Below are positions 1-9,524 of a DNA stretch of 64,000 nt, one piece after another; position 1 is the stretch's first letter; the number at the start of each line of letters is the position of its first letter. The notes below the pieces were generated by a model. The model ran no database searches and was not told the DNA's origin. It saw nothing but the letters and a program-made list of their open reading frames with translations. Source of the DNA: an uncultured Solirubrobacteraceae bacterium (lineage in GTDB: Bacteria; Actinomycetota; Thermoleophilia; Solirubrobacterales; Solirubrobacteraceae). Made by a program: the position numbers and the translations under genes. The stretch is from NCBI GenBank assembly GCA_963779065.1, contig CAVZWQ010000003.1, forward strand, positions 1,675,502 through 1,739,501, read 5' to 3'.

Positions 1-6
1 GCGTTC

Positions 7-445
7 GTGACAGCCGGCGCCGGCTTCCTGCTGGCGGTGCTGTGGTTCGACCTGATGTTCGACGTGCAGGCCGCCGGGCACGCCGGGGAGGTGCCCGAGC
101 CGGCGCTCGCGTCGATCGCGGCCTACTACGCGCGCGTGACGACGGCGGCACGGCCGATGAACAGGCTGATCGCCGCGGTCATGCTCGGCGACGCTCGCCG
201 CGATCGTCGTCGAGATCGCACGGCAGCGACGAGCCGGCCTGGCTCGGCTGGGTCTCGCTCGGCCTCGCGCTCGCCGCGATCGGGCTGGCGGGGCTCGAGG
301 ACCGTCCCGGCGGCGGTGCGGCTCGGCACCCGCCGCGACCGGCCGGAGGTGCAGAGCGGCCTCGCTCGCGCGGTCCTCGCCCAGCACGTGTTCTGCTTCG
401 CGGCGATCGCCTCGCGTGATCGTCCTGCAGCTCGCCGCCGGCTGA
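7..445 (+). CDS. Hypothetical membrane protein, probably 5'-partial, frameshifted
   Basis: Hydrophobic segments (AGFLLAVLWFDLMFD; WLGWVSLGLALAAIGLAG; QHVFCFAAIA) are spread over frames. The TGA at 443-445 is an approximate end. Confidence 0.55.
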
Positions 446-489
446 ACGCCGCTCGCCGCCACGAGCGGCTTCGGTCAGACTCTGTGCCG

Positions 490-2431
490 ATGACGCGCAG
501 GCTGATCAGAACGCTCGTGCTCGCGCTGCGTGGCCGCATGCGCGCTCGGCGGCGCCCGCGCTCGCCGCGCAGGAAGCGTTCGTGCGGGTCGACCAGGTCG
601 GCTACGGCGCGCTGGCCCCGAAGCGCGCGTACCTGATGGCGAACTTCGACGCGGCCGGCGCGCCGTTCACCGTCTCCGGCGAAGGCGGCGCCGTCGTCTT
701 CAGCGGCACCGTCGGCGCGTCCGCCGGGCTCCTGGAGCAAGACGCTACCCGTTCGTCTACGCGCTCGACTTCGACGCGGCTGCAGGCGCCCGGCCGGTAC
801 ACGCTCGCCGGCGGGCGGCGCGAGCTCGCCGCCGTTCGAGATCGCCGCCGCCGGGCGCGCTGTACGCCCCGGCGCTGGCGAACGCCCTCTCCTTCTACGA
901 GAACGAGCGCGACGGGCCGCAGTACATCCCCTCGGCGCTGCGGACCGCGCCCGCGCACCTGAACGACGAGAACGCGAGCGCCTACAGCACGCCGAAGGTG
1001 AACGGGCAGGGCAGCTTCAAGGGCGATCTCCACGGCCTCGGCACGACGCTCGACGCCTCCGGCGGCTGGTGGGACGCGGGCGACTACCTCAAGTTCGTCG
1101 AGACGACCAGCTACACGGTCGATCGTGATGCTCGCGGGCGTGCGCGACTTCCCCGCTCTGATGGGCGCCGGTGCGCCCGCCTCCCAGGACTTCGCCGGCG
1201 AGGCGCGGTTCGGCGCTCGAATGGCTGCTGCGGATGTGCGACGCCGAAACCGGGACGCTCTACTACCAGGTGGGGATCGGCGAGGGCAACCGCCAGACCG
1301 CCGGCGATCACGACATCTGGCGGCTGCCCCAGGCCGACGACACCTTCGGCGGCGAAGACCCGCTCTACCGCTACATCCGGCACCGTCCCGTCTTCCGCGC
1401 CGGCCGCGCCGGGCGCGCCGGTCAGCCCGAACCTCGCCGGGCGCGACGCGGCCGCGTTCGGCCTCTGCTTCCAGGTCTTCCACGCGAGCGACCCGGCGTT
1501 CGCCGACCGCTGCCTGCAGGCGGGCGAGCGCATCTTCGCGCTGGCCGACGACGAAGCCCAGAGGGCACCTGCTGACGGCGATCCCGTTCGGCTTCTACCC
1601 CGAGCGCGAATGGCGCGACGACCTCGAGCTGGGGGCGACCGAGCTGTCGCTCGCGCTGTCCTCGGGCGGCACGCTCCCGCCGGGGCTCGCGCACACCGAC
1701 CCGAGCTTCTACCTCGCCGAAGCGGCGCGCTGGGCCAGGGAATACGTCAAGCACTCCAAGCGCAACTCGGAAACGCTCAACCTCTACGACGTGAGCGGCC
1801 TCGCCCACTACGAGCTCGTGCGCGCGCTTCGCGCCGCCGGCAGCCCGTCCGGGCTCGCGATCGGCGAAGCGGGGCTGCTCGCGAGCCTGCGCGCGCGAGC
1901 TGGAATCTGCGCAGGCAGCCAGGCCGGCAAGGACCCGTTCGGCTTCGGCTTCCCGTGGGCAGAAGCCGACACCGCCTCCCACGGCGACGGGCTCGCGGTG
2001 ATGGCCGCCGAGTACGACGGGCTGACCGGCGAATCGACGTTCGCCGCCGGACGCCGCGCGCTGGCTCGGCAACGTCCTCGGCGCGAACGCCTGGGGCGTC
2101 TCGATGGTGATCGGCGACGGCACCGTGTTCCCGCGCTGCCCCTCCCATCAGGTCGCCAACCTCGCCGGCTCGCTCGACGGCTCGCCGCCGGTGCTCGCCG
2201 GCGGCGTCGTCGAGGGCCCGAGCGACGAATCGAGCTCGGGCGAAGTCGAAGGGATGCGGGCCGTGCCCGCCGGCGGGCGGCGATCGCCTACGCGCGGCTT
2301 CGACGGCGGCGGCGCCGTCTTCAGCCGACAACGTCGAATCGTTCACGACGACCGAGCCCGCGATCGACCTCACCGCCAGCTCGATGCTCGCGTTCGCCTG
2401 GCAGGCCGGCGCACCCGCGGCGCTTCCGTAG
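490..2431 (+). CDS. Secreted glycoside hydrolase family 9 (endoglucanase-like), frameshifted
   Basis: Signal peptide; Ig-like N-terminus (VRVDQVGY); SGGWWDAGDYLKF catalytic motif; YYQVG; WRDDLELGA; C-terminal TTEPAIDLTA glutamate motif. Confidence 0.85.
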
Positions 2432-2467
2432 GGCCGCAGGCGCGCGCCCAATAGAATCCGCCGCTCA

Positions 2468-2539
2468 GGGCGCGTAGCTCAGTGGGAGAGCGCTCGCTTC
2501 ACACGCGAGAGGTCGCAGGTTCGAAACCCGCCGCGCCCA
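2468..2539 (+). tRNA. tRNA-Val (CAC)
   Basis: GGGCGCG/CGCGCCC acceptor stem, TAGCTCAG D arm, anticodon arm CTCGC-TTCACAC-GCGAG, GGTTCGAAA T loop. CCA is not encoded. TAGAAT -10 box upstream. Confidence 0.97.
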
Positions 2540-2542
2540 TGC

Positions 2543-3418
2543 CTATTCCACGCACTGCCCGTTTTCGCAGTTCCCCGACGGGCAGACGTTCCCGCACGCG
2601 CCGCAGTTGTTCGCCTGGTTGAGGTTCGTGCAGACCTTGTCCTGGCTGCCCGCGACCGGGCACGGCCCGTAGTGGGCCGCTTCGTCGGCCGGCACGTTCC
2701 AGTAGACGTTCGCGAAGGTCGGGCAGTCGATGCAGCAGCCGCACGTCGCCTTCTGGCCGGCTTCCCACGCTTCCTGGCCGGTCCCGGTCGAGGACACGGC
2801 CGCGTAGTAGGCGTGGGCGACCGTGAGGCAGAACGCGTACTGGTTGGCGTGGATGATTTCGTTGGCGACGGTGTTCGTCGGCCAGGTCTCTTCGCAGATC
2901 GAGAGCATCTGCGTCAGGAAGTTGCTGTCGCACTGCGCCTTGTCGCTTTCGCACGCGCCGTAGCAGCAGTCGTGGCCCTTGCACGCGTTGAAGAAGTTGG
3001 CGACGCCGAACGGTTCGTCGGGCACGTAGTCGCCTTTGCCGAAGACCGGCAGGTCGATGCCGCCTTCGGGGCCGCAGCCGTTGAACGTCGAGGGGGTGCC
3101 GAGGACGATCGTCTCGCTGCACGCCGGGGTCCAGGGCCGGATCCCGCCGTTGCAGCTCGCGATCCCCGAGGGCTGGGCCGGGCAGATGCCGTGCTGTTTT
3201 TCGGCCGCGCGGGCGAGGGGAGCCGCCGCCGTGCCGCCCGGCGTCGTCCCGCCTGCTCTGGCGAGCGCCGGACGCGCCCAGCCGGGGACCAATGCGCCGA
3301 GCGCGGCCCCTGCCGCGAGCTTCAGGACCTGCCGGCGGGAGTGGCCGCGGGAGGCCAGCGCGAGCGCGTCCAGGCGCGCCGAACGCTCGCCGCCGGGCCG
3401 CTCAGAGAGGCCAGTCAT
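2543..3418 (-). CDS. Tat-exported cysteine-rich protein with a group XII-like phospholipase A2 domain and a C-terminal Cys-rich (Stig1-like) module
   Basis: SRRQVLK twin-arginine leader; NGCG ... ACKGHDCCYGAC...KAQCDSNF...IC matches the PLA2G12 pattern; 22 Cys; NNCGACGNVC tail. Confidence 0.8.
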   Translation of the reverse strand: MTGLSERPGGERSARLDALALASRGHSRRQVLKLAAGAALGALVPGWARPALARAGGTTPGGTAAAPLARAAEKQHGICPAQPSGIASCNGGIRPWTPACSETIVLGTPSTFNGCGPEGGIDLPVFGKGDYVPDEPFGVANFFNACKGHDCCYGACESDKAQCDSNFLTQMLSICEETWPTNTVANEIIHANQYAFCLTVAHAYYAAVSSTGTGQEAWEAGQKATCGCCIDCPTFANVYWNVPADEAAHYGPCPVAGSQDKVCTNLNQANNCGACGNVCPSGNCENGQCVE

Positions 3419-3800
3419 GTCCGGCCTTGTGCGCCTTGGCGCTCGCTGCGCTCAGCGCCGCCATGCCTTCGGCGGCGATTTCGAGCGTCTTGTTCGGATC
3501 GGCCGCCTTGTTCGCGGCGATCAGCTTCAGCAGCCCGGCTTCCAGCTCGGCGAGCCCGGCGACGACGAGCTTCGTGTGCCTGCCGGCGCCTTCCTTCTTG
3601 ACCTGCGCCCGCACCGACTTGATCGTCGCCAGCAGCGGCTTCGCGGTTGCGGAGATGTCATGCGGACCGGCCGTGGCCGTACCCAGCGCCGCCTTCAGCT
3701 GCAGGGTGACGGCCCGGCTCTGCGCGCGCGCCTTCGTGCGATGCAGCTTGAGCTTGGCTTTCCCCTTCGCGGCGGCGGCCTCGGTCGCGAGCTCGCTCAT
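3402..3800 (-). CDS. Hypothetical Ala/Lys-rich helical protein (132 aa)
   Basis: ATG at 3800 overlaps the upstream stop (ATGA); the end overlaps the start of the PLA2-like gene; normal high-GC codon pattern. Confidence 0.7.
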   Translation of the reverse strand: MSELATEAAAAKGKAKLKLHRTKARAQSRAVTLQLKAALGTATAGPHDISATAKPLLATIKSVRAQVKKEGAGRHTKLVVAGLAELEAGLLKLIAANKAADPNKTLEIAAEGMAALSAASAKAHKAGHDWPL

Positions 3801-5267
3801 GCCGCGACCTCGCTGACGTGCAGCAGCGGGGCGGGCATCAGCGCGAGGATCGCCTCGCGGCCGATCGCGGGCGGCGCCGCGAGCGTGCCGTCGGCGGCGA
3901 CCAGCAGCGCGGAGGGCGTTCCCCGCGCGCCGAGGCGCCTGACGGCGGCGCCCCGGCGGTCCTGGAAGACCGGGAAGTCGAAGCCGAGCGCGGCGATCTC
4001 CTGCTCGCTGCCCGTGCTCAGAAGCACGATGCGCGGGTCGGCCTCGCCGAGCCGCGCCGCGCGGCTCGCGAGGTCGCGCTCCATGCTGCGGCAGAACCCG
4101 CAGCCCGGGTTCCAGAGGACGAGCAGCGTGGGACGATCGCCCGCGAGGACCGAGGCCGAGTCGCGCGGCCGGCCGTCGAGTTCGTGGAGCTCGAGGGCGG
4201 GCAGCACCTCGCCGACGCGCGGACCGCGCTCGCGGCGGCCGGCGGCCTCGTGCAGCACGCCCGTCACGGCCTCGGAGCCGAGGGCGAGGGACGTCGCGAC
4301 GCGACCATCGCCGTCGATCACGACTGCCGCCGGCGTCGCGCCGACCTCGAAGCTCTTCGCGGCCTCGCCGCCCTCGTCCGACATCACGCCGCTCAGGCCA
4401 TGCTCCTGCGCCTTCGCTCTCGCATGCTCGAGCGAGCCCCGGGTCAGGACGCCGATCGTGAGCTCGTCGCCGAGCCGGCGCTGGAGATCGGCCAGCTCTC
4501 CGAGCAGCGCGTTGCAGGGAGCGCAGCCGGGGTCCGCGAACACGAGGGCGAGAGGGCGCCCGGCGACGAACAGCGCGTCGAGGCCGACCGGCGCGCCGTC
4601 CTCGGCGCGCCGCGCCCGGAACGCCGGCGCCTCGCTCCCCACCGGGAGGTCCCGCCGCCCGGGCCGAAGCCGCGTCGAGGAGGGAGTCGGCTTTGACGCC
4701 CGTGTGCATCTCGAGCGCCTCCAGGCGCGCGACGAGCGTGCCGTGGCGCCGCAGCAGCCCGAGCGCGAAGAAGGTGACCGCGGCGAGCGCCGCGCTCAGC
4801 GCCGCGCCGCCGGCGAGGACGGCCAGCTGCGCCCCGGAAAGGGCGCCGAGCCACGAAACAGCGCTCGGCCCCGGATCGCTCCAGCCGAGCACCAGCACGA
4901 GCGCGGCGAGGAGCCCGATCAGCGCGTTGCGCGCCAGGGCCGCGGGCCCCGCGGGCGCGGAGTGAAGCTGCCCGAAGCAATGGCACTCGGGCTGCTCGCC
5001 GCGCGCCATCGCGAGGGCGATCGCAGCGCAGAAGCCGAGCAGCAGAGCGAGCGCGCCGGCCGCCCCGAGGGGCGCCGAGGGCGGGATCAGAAGTGCCGCC
5101 GCGACCCCCAGCTCGAGCAGCGGCAGCGCGGTGGCGAGCGGGGCGGCGAGCCTGCGCGGGACGCGGAATCCGGCCAGCGCCTGAGCCGCCCCGGCGCGGT
5201 CCGCGAGCTTGGCGATCCCGGCGGCGAAGAAGACGGCGGCGAGTGCCAGACGCGCGCTGAGCAGCAT
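3797..5267 (-). CDS. MauE/DoxX membrane domain fused to two TlpA/MauD-like redoxin domains, frameshift near 4650-4680
   Basis: ARLALAAVFFAAGIAKL, CHCFG and ARNALI motifs of MauE; then APAF...PGCAPC and WNPGCGFC thioredoxin-fold CxxC motifs with ATP/GTP cis-Pro loops. Confidence 0.85.
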
Positions 5268-5363
5268 CGGGGCCTGACCCTACAGTCGCCCCCGGCGGCG
5301 CTCCTCTCATCCCCCGTTCGGCTACGCTCCTGATAACCGCAGCGCTTGGGAGGAGGGGAAGAA

Positions 5364-6608
5364 ATGGCATCGACGAGCAACGAGTCGCGCTCGCTCGAGA
5401 GCGTGCGCGTCGGCGACCGCGAGAACTTCGCAGAGGGCCCGCCGCACGAGCTGTTCAAGGAGATGCGGGCTCGCTGCCCGGTCCACTGGAGCGACGGGAT
5501 CAGCGAGTACCCAGACGAGGACGGCTTCTGGTCGGTCACGACCGCCGAGGACGTCCACGAGGTGAGCCGCGACTGGCAGACCTACTCCTCGGAGATCGGC
5601 GGCATCACGGCTCTGAAGAACGCGATCCTGCCGCTGGAGCTCCAGCAGGCGATGTTCATCGGCATGGACCCGCCGAAGCACGACAGGCTCAAGGCGCTCT
5701 TCCAGCGGGGCTTCACGCCCAAGCGGATCGCCGAGCACGAGCCCGCGATCAGGCAGATCGCCGCCGAGGTGCTCGACGGCCTGCAAGGTCGCGAGGAGTG
5801 CGACCTCGTCACCGATGTCGCGCAGCCCTTCGTCGCGCGAGTCATCGGCAGCTTCATGGGCGTGCCGCCCGAGGACGACGCGATCTGGGCCACGATCATG
5901 AACAACGTGCTCGGCGCGGGCGACCCCGACAGGACGCCGGAGGGCGCCCAGACGGTCGTCGAGAACGAGGTGCCCGAAGTCTTCGAGCGCTGCGCGAAGC
6001 TGATCGCCGAGCGGCGTGCGCATCCGACGGATGACCTCACGAGCGTGCTGGTGCACGCGGAGGTGGACGGCGAAAAGCTCGAGGACCACGAGATCGTGAT
6101 GGGTTTCTTCCTGCTGATGGCAGCGGGCAACGACTCGACGAAGGCCACCTACTGCAGCGGCATGCGCGCGCTGATGGAAAACCCGGCTCAGCGCGAGATG
6201 GTCCTCGCCGACCCGTCGCTCGTGCCGGCCGCGGTCGAGGAGGCGCTGCGGATGTTCCCGGCGTTCGCGCACTTCGCGCGGACGGCGACCCACGACACCG
6301 AGCTGCACGGCCAGACGATCCACAAGGGCGAGAAGGTCGTCATGTGGTACCCGTCCTCGAACCGCGACGAGAGCCGCTACGAGAACCCGGATGCGTTCGA
6401 GATCACCCGGGAAGCCGAGCATCAGGCCTTCGGCGCCGGCGGCCGCCACTTCTGTCTCGGCACGGCGCTCGCGCGACTGGAGCTGCGGGTGCTGATCGAG
6501 GAGACGCTGAGCCGCTACCCGCGAATGGAGATCGCGGGCGAGCCGAAGTTCGTCGAGTCGCCGTTCGCCAACCAGCTGAAGACGCTGCCGGTCAAGCTGA
6601 ACGCCTGA
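5364..6608 (+). CDS. Cytochrome P450 (CYP125/142-like group)
   Basis: MDPPKH, AGNDST I-helix, EEALR (ExxR), FGAGGRHFCLG heme motif; GGAGG RBS. Confidence 0.95.
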   Translation: MASTSNESRSLESVRVGDRENFAEGPPHELFKEMRARCPVHWSDGISEYPDEDGFWSVTTAEDVHEVSRDWQTYSSEIGGITALKNAILPLELQQAMFIGMDPPKHDRLKALFQRGFTPKRIAEHEPAIRQIAAEVLDGLQGREECDLVTDVAQPFVARVIGSFMGVPPEDDAIWATIMNNVLGAGDPDRTPEGAQTVVENEVPEVFERCAKLIAERRAHPTDDLTSVLVHAEVDGEKLEDHEIVMGFFLLMAAGNDSTKATYCSGMRALMENPAQREMVLADPSLVPAAVEEALRMFPAFAHFARTATHDTELHGQTIHKGEKVVMWYPSSNRDESRYENPDAFEITREAEHQAFGAGGRHFCLGTALARLELRVLIEETLSRYPRMEIAGEPKFVESPFANQLKTLPVKLNA

Positions 6609-6620
6609 GGCCCCGCGCGT

Positions 6621-6893
6621 TCAGGCGTCCGCGAGCAGCCGCCGCCGCGCGTCGGCGGCGGCCAGCCCGGCGACCCTGACCGTCTTGCGGCGCGAGCGCT
6701 CGCCGCGGAGCAGCTCGACGGCGCCGGTCCGCACCCCGAGCCTCGCCGCGATCAGCCGCCGCACGGCGTCGTTGGCCCTGCCGTCCTCGGGCGCCGCCCG
6801 GACGCGCACGAGCACGCAGCCGTCGCGCTCGCCGGCGATCTCGTCGCGGCCCGCACGCGGCACGACCTTGATCTCGAAGCCCTCGCCCGCCAC
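6621..6893 (-). CDS. DUF167/YggU family protein
   Basis: IKVVPRA...VRAAPEDGRAN...GERSRRK signature; TACCGT -10 box 6 nt before the GTG. Confidence 0.85.
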   Translation of the reverse strand: MAGEGFEIKVVPRAGRDEIAGERDGCVLVRVRAAPEDGRANDAVRRLIAARLGVRTGAVELLRGERSRRKTVRVAGLAAADARRRLLADA

Positions 6894-6973
6894 GGCGCGA
6901 CGGTACCTGAGCCCGCACGTCCAGGCTCGCGGCGCGCGGCTAACCCTTATCGCGATCGCGCCGATGCAAAGGC

Positions 6974-8035
6974 GTGATCGCCTCGCCCTCGCGTGCCCGA
7001 TCGACCTCGAAACGCCGGGCGCGCCCGGCGCGGGCGCTCGCGTGCACCCTGCTCGGCGCCGCCGCGCTGTGCGCCGTCCCGGCTCAGGCCGCGGCCAGGA
7101 GGTACACGGCCGCGAACTGGGACCTCCCCGCACAGCGGCTCGTCATCGGGGCCGGGCTGATGTCGGAATCGCCGAGCGGCGGGTTCGCGGGCGCCTCCCC
7201 CTTCACCGCGCAGGCGGCCTCGCAGGCGATGGCCGCGCTCTCCGCGCGCAGCCAGACCTCCCCGGTCGCGGTCCAGGCCGGCGCGCGCATCACGGTCACC
7301 GGCTTCGACGCGCTGGTGGTCTCCCAGCTCGGGCTCGGCGCCGTGGCCGCGCATGTCGAGCGCACCGCGAAGGCCGCGGGCCTGAGGCCGCCCGGGTACT
7401 TCGGGACCGAGGTGATCGCGCGCTACCTGGGGCTTCGCTACAACCACCCCGCCGGCGAAGACTCGCTCGAGCTCTTCCCCTCCGACCAGATCACCCGCGC
7501 CGAAGCGGCGCACTCGCTCGCCGCCGCGCTCGAAGCCGGAGAATGGGAGACCCAGTCGGCGCGGGAGACGTTCGAAGCCTTCTCCCTGCCCCGGTACTCA
7601 GCGGCCCAGCTCGAAGTGCTCCGGATCGCCGTCTCGAAGATCGGCATGCCGTATGTCTGGGGCGGCACGACCGACGGCACCGAAGACGGCCTCGAACACG
7701 GCGGCTATGACTGCTCGGGCTTCGCCTGGCGCGTCTACAAGGTCTCCGGTCTTCCGTGGGGCGCGTCGATCCTGGGTCGCACCGCCGCCGAACAGGCCGG
7801 CGAGATCCCCAAGTCCGCGCGCGTCCCGCTGAACAGCGTCCAGCCTGCGGACCTCCTGTTCTTCGGCTCGGCCCACTTCACCTCGAAGGCGACGGAGGCG
7901 AACGTCACCCACGAGGGCATCGCGCTGAGCGGCGAATGGGCGATCCACTCCTCGAGCCAGGGCGTCTACGTCCTGCCGCTCGACTCGGGCTGGCTGGCGA
8001 GCAGCTTCGCGTGGGCGCGCAGCGTCATCCGCTAG
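6974..8035 (+). CDS. Secreted NlpC/P60 peptidoglycan hydrolase with an SLH-like N-terminal region
   Basis: Signal peptide; ITRAEAA SLH-like motif; GMPYVWGG, GYDCSGF, ADLLFF, THEGI, IHSS. Confidence 0.88.
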   Translation: MIASPSRARSTSKRRARPARALACTLLGAAALCAVPAQAAARRYTAANWDLPAQRLVIGAGLMSESPSGGFAGASPFTAQAASQAMAALSARSQTSPVAVQAGARITVTGFDALVVSQLGLGAVAAHVERTAKAAGLRPPGYFGTEVIARYLGLRYNHPAGEDSLELFPSDQITRAEAAHSLAAALEAGEWETQSARETFEAFSLPRYSAAQLEVLRIAVSKIGMPYVWGGTTDGTEDGLEHGGYDCSGFAWRVYKVSGLPWGASILGRTAAEQAGEIPKSARVPLNSVQPADLLFFGSAHFTSKATEANVTHEGIALSGEWAIHSSSQGVYVLPLDSGWLASSFAWARSVIR

Positions 8036-8073
8036 ACGGTCACGGCCGCCGCGCGGCGGTCGGAGAAGCAAGC

Positions 8074-8777
8074 ATGCCGGGCACCGTCCCGTTCCTCGCC
8101 GGCCGCGCCGGCGCCAGCGCCGGGGCCAAGGCCGAGCAGATCCGCTCCGAGCGCGATGCTCTCCGCGCCGCGCGCAGCCCGCTCGGCAGGGCGATCCGGG
8201 CGATCTACGGTCCCTCCCCGCGCGAGCGGCGGCTGCTCGCGGAGGCGCGCAACTGGCAGAGCGGCGCTGACGGCGAGCGAATCCTGGCCGCGGCGCTCGA
8301 ACGCCGGTGCCCCGACGCGCGTGTTCCTGCACGACCTCGGGATCCCGGGCGGGCGCGCGAACATCGATCACGTCGCCTTCGCGCCGAACGGCGTCCACGT
8401 GATCGACGCGAAGCGATACCGCGGCAGGATCCGCGTCCTCCGATTCGGCGCGGAGACGCGGCTCGTGATCGCCGGGCGCAACAAGACGCGGGCTGATCGC
8501 CGGGCTCGAACGCCAGGTCGCGCTCGTGGCGGAGGCGATGGAGGCGATCGCGCCCGAGGTCCCGGTGCACGGCTGCCTCTGCTTCCTCGCGCCCAAGGGC
8601 TGGCTCGCCGAGGCGGAGCTGCCGGCGTTCCGCACGCTGCGGGTCAACGACGTGCCGATCTACTCGACCCGCCGGCTCGTCAGGCGGCTGCGCGAGCCCG
8701 GCCCGGTGAGCGCCGCGCGGGCGCGCGAGCTGCGGCGGCGACTCGGGCTCAGGTTCCCGCCCGCATCCCCCGCCTAG
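8074..8777 (+). CDS. NERD (nuclease-related) domain protein, frameshifted
   Basis: W..GA.GE..LA, then HDL.IPG..ANIDHV...NGVHVIDAK.Y.G motif. Confidence 0.8.
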
Positions 8778-8818
8778 CCCCCGGGCGGCGCCGGACACCG
8801 CGCCGGTATGGTCCCCGC

Positions 8819-9427
8819 ATGCGCATCTACCACCGCGACCACGCGGGGCGCCCGGTTCGCGCGGCGTGGACGCTCGAGGAGGCCGGCGAGCCCTACGAGA
8901 TCGTGAAGATGAGCTATGAGGAGGGCAAGGGCGAGGAGCATCGCGCGCGCCATCCACTCGGCCGCGTGCCCGTTCTGGAAGACGACGCCGGGCGGCTGCT
9001 GTTCGAGTCCGCCGCCGTCTGCCTGCAGATCGCCGACACCCACCCGGACGCCGGGCTGATCCCGGCACCGGGCACCCACGAGCGCGGCCTCGTCTACCAA
9101 TGGGTCGTGTTCGGGCCGGCGGAGCTCGAGCCGCCGCTGATCGAGAGCGCCATCTATGCGCAGAGCGACCCCGAGCGCTCAGCGAAGGCGCAGCAACGCT
9201 TCGAGAAGGCCGTCGATGCCGTCGCCGGCGCGCTCGGCGCGAACGAGTATCTCGTCGGGGATGAGTTCAGCGTCGCGGATGTGATGGTCGGCTCGGCACT
9301 CGCTTTCACGATCCGCGCCGGGCGCCCCGACCTGCTCCCGGAGAGCCTGCAGGCCTACGTCGGACGGCTGCGCGAGCGCCCCGCGTACAAGCGCGCGTTC
9401 GAGCGCACCGAGGCGCCGGCCGCCTGA
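8819..9427 (+). CDS. Glutathione S-transferase family protein
   Basis: HPLGRVPVLED, LFESAAVC, YLVGDEFSVAD; TATGGT -10 box 6 nt upstream. Confidence 0.92.
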   Translation: MRIYHRDHAGRPVRAAWTLEEAGEPYEIVKMSYEEGKGEEHRARHPLGRVPVLEDDAGRLLFESAAVCLQIADTHPDAGLIPAPGTHERGLVYQWVVFGPAELEPPLIESAIYAQSDPERSAKAQQRFEKAVDAVAGALGANEYLVGDEFSVADVMVGSALAFTIRAGRPDLLPESLQAYVGRLRERPAYKRAFERTEAPAA

Positions 9428-9524
9428 GCGCCGCCGCGTCGACCCCAGCGAGGGGCCGGCGCGCGGTGGGCTGTGGTCGCGCGCTGCGGCCCCGGCGGAG
9501 GGGTTGCCGGGACCGCACGCAGGC

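Noticed and set aside
3797-5267. Methylamine dehydrogenase (mau) cluster
   Set aside because: No mauA, mauB, mauG or amicyanin gene is present, and the Tat cargo has PLA2-like rather than TTQ-subunit motifs.
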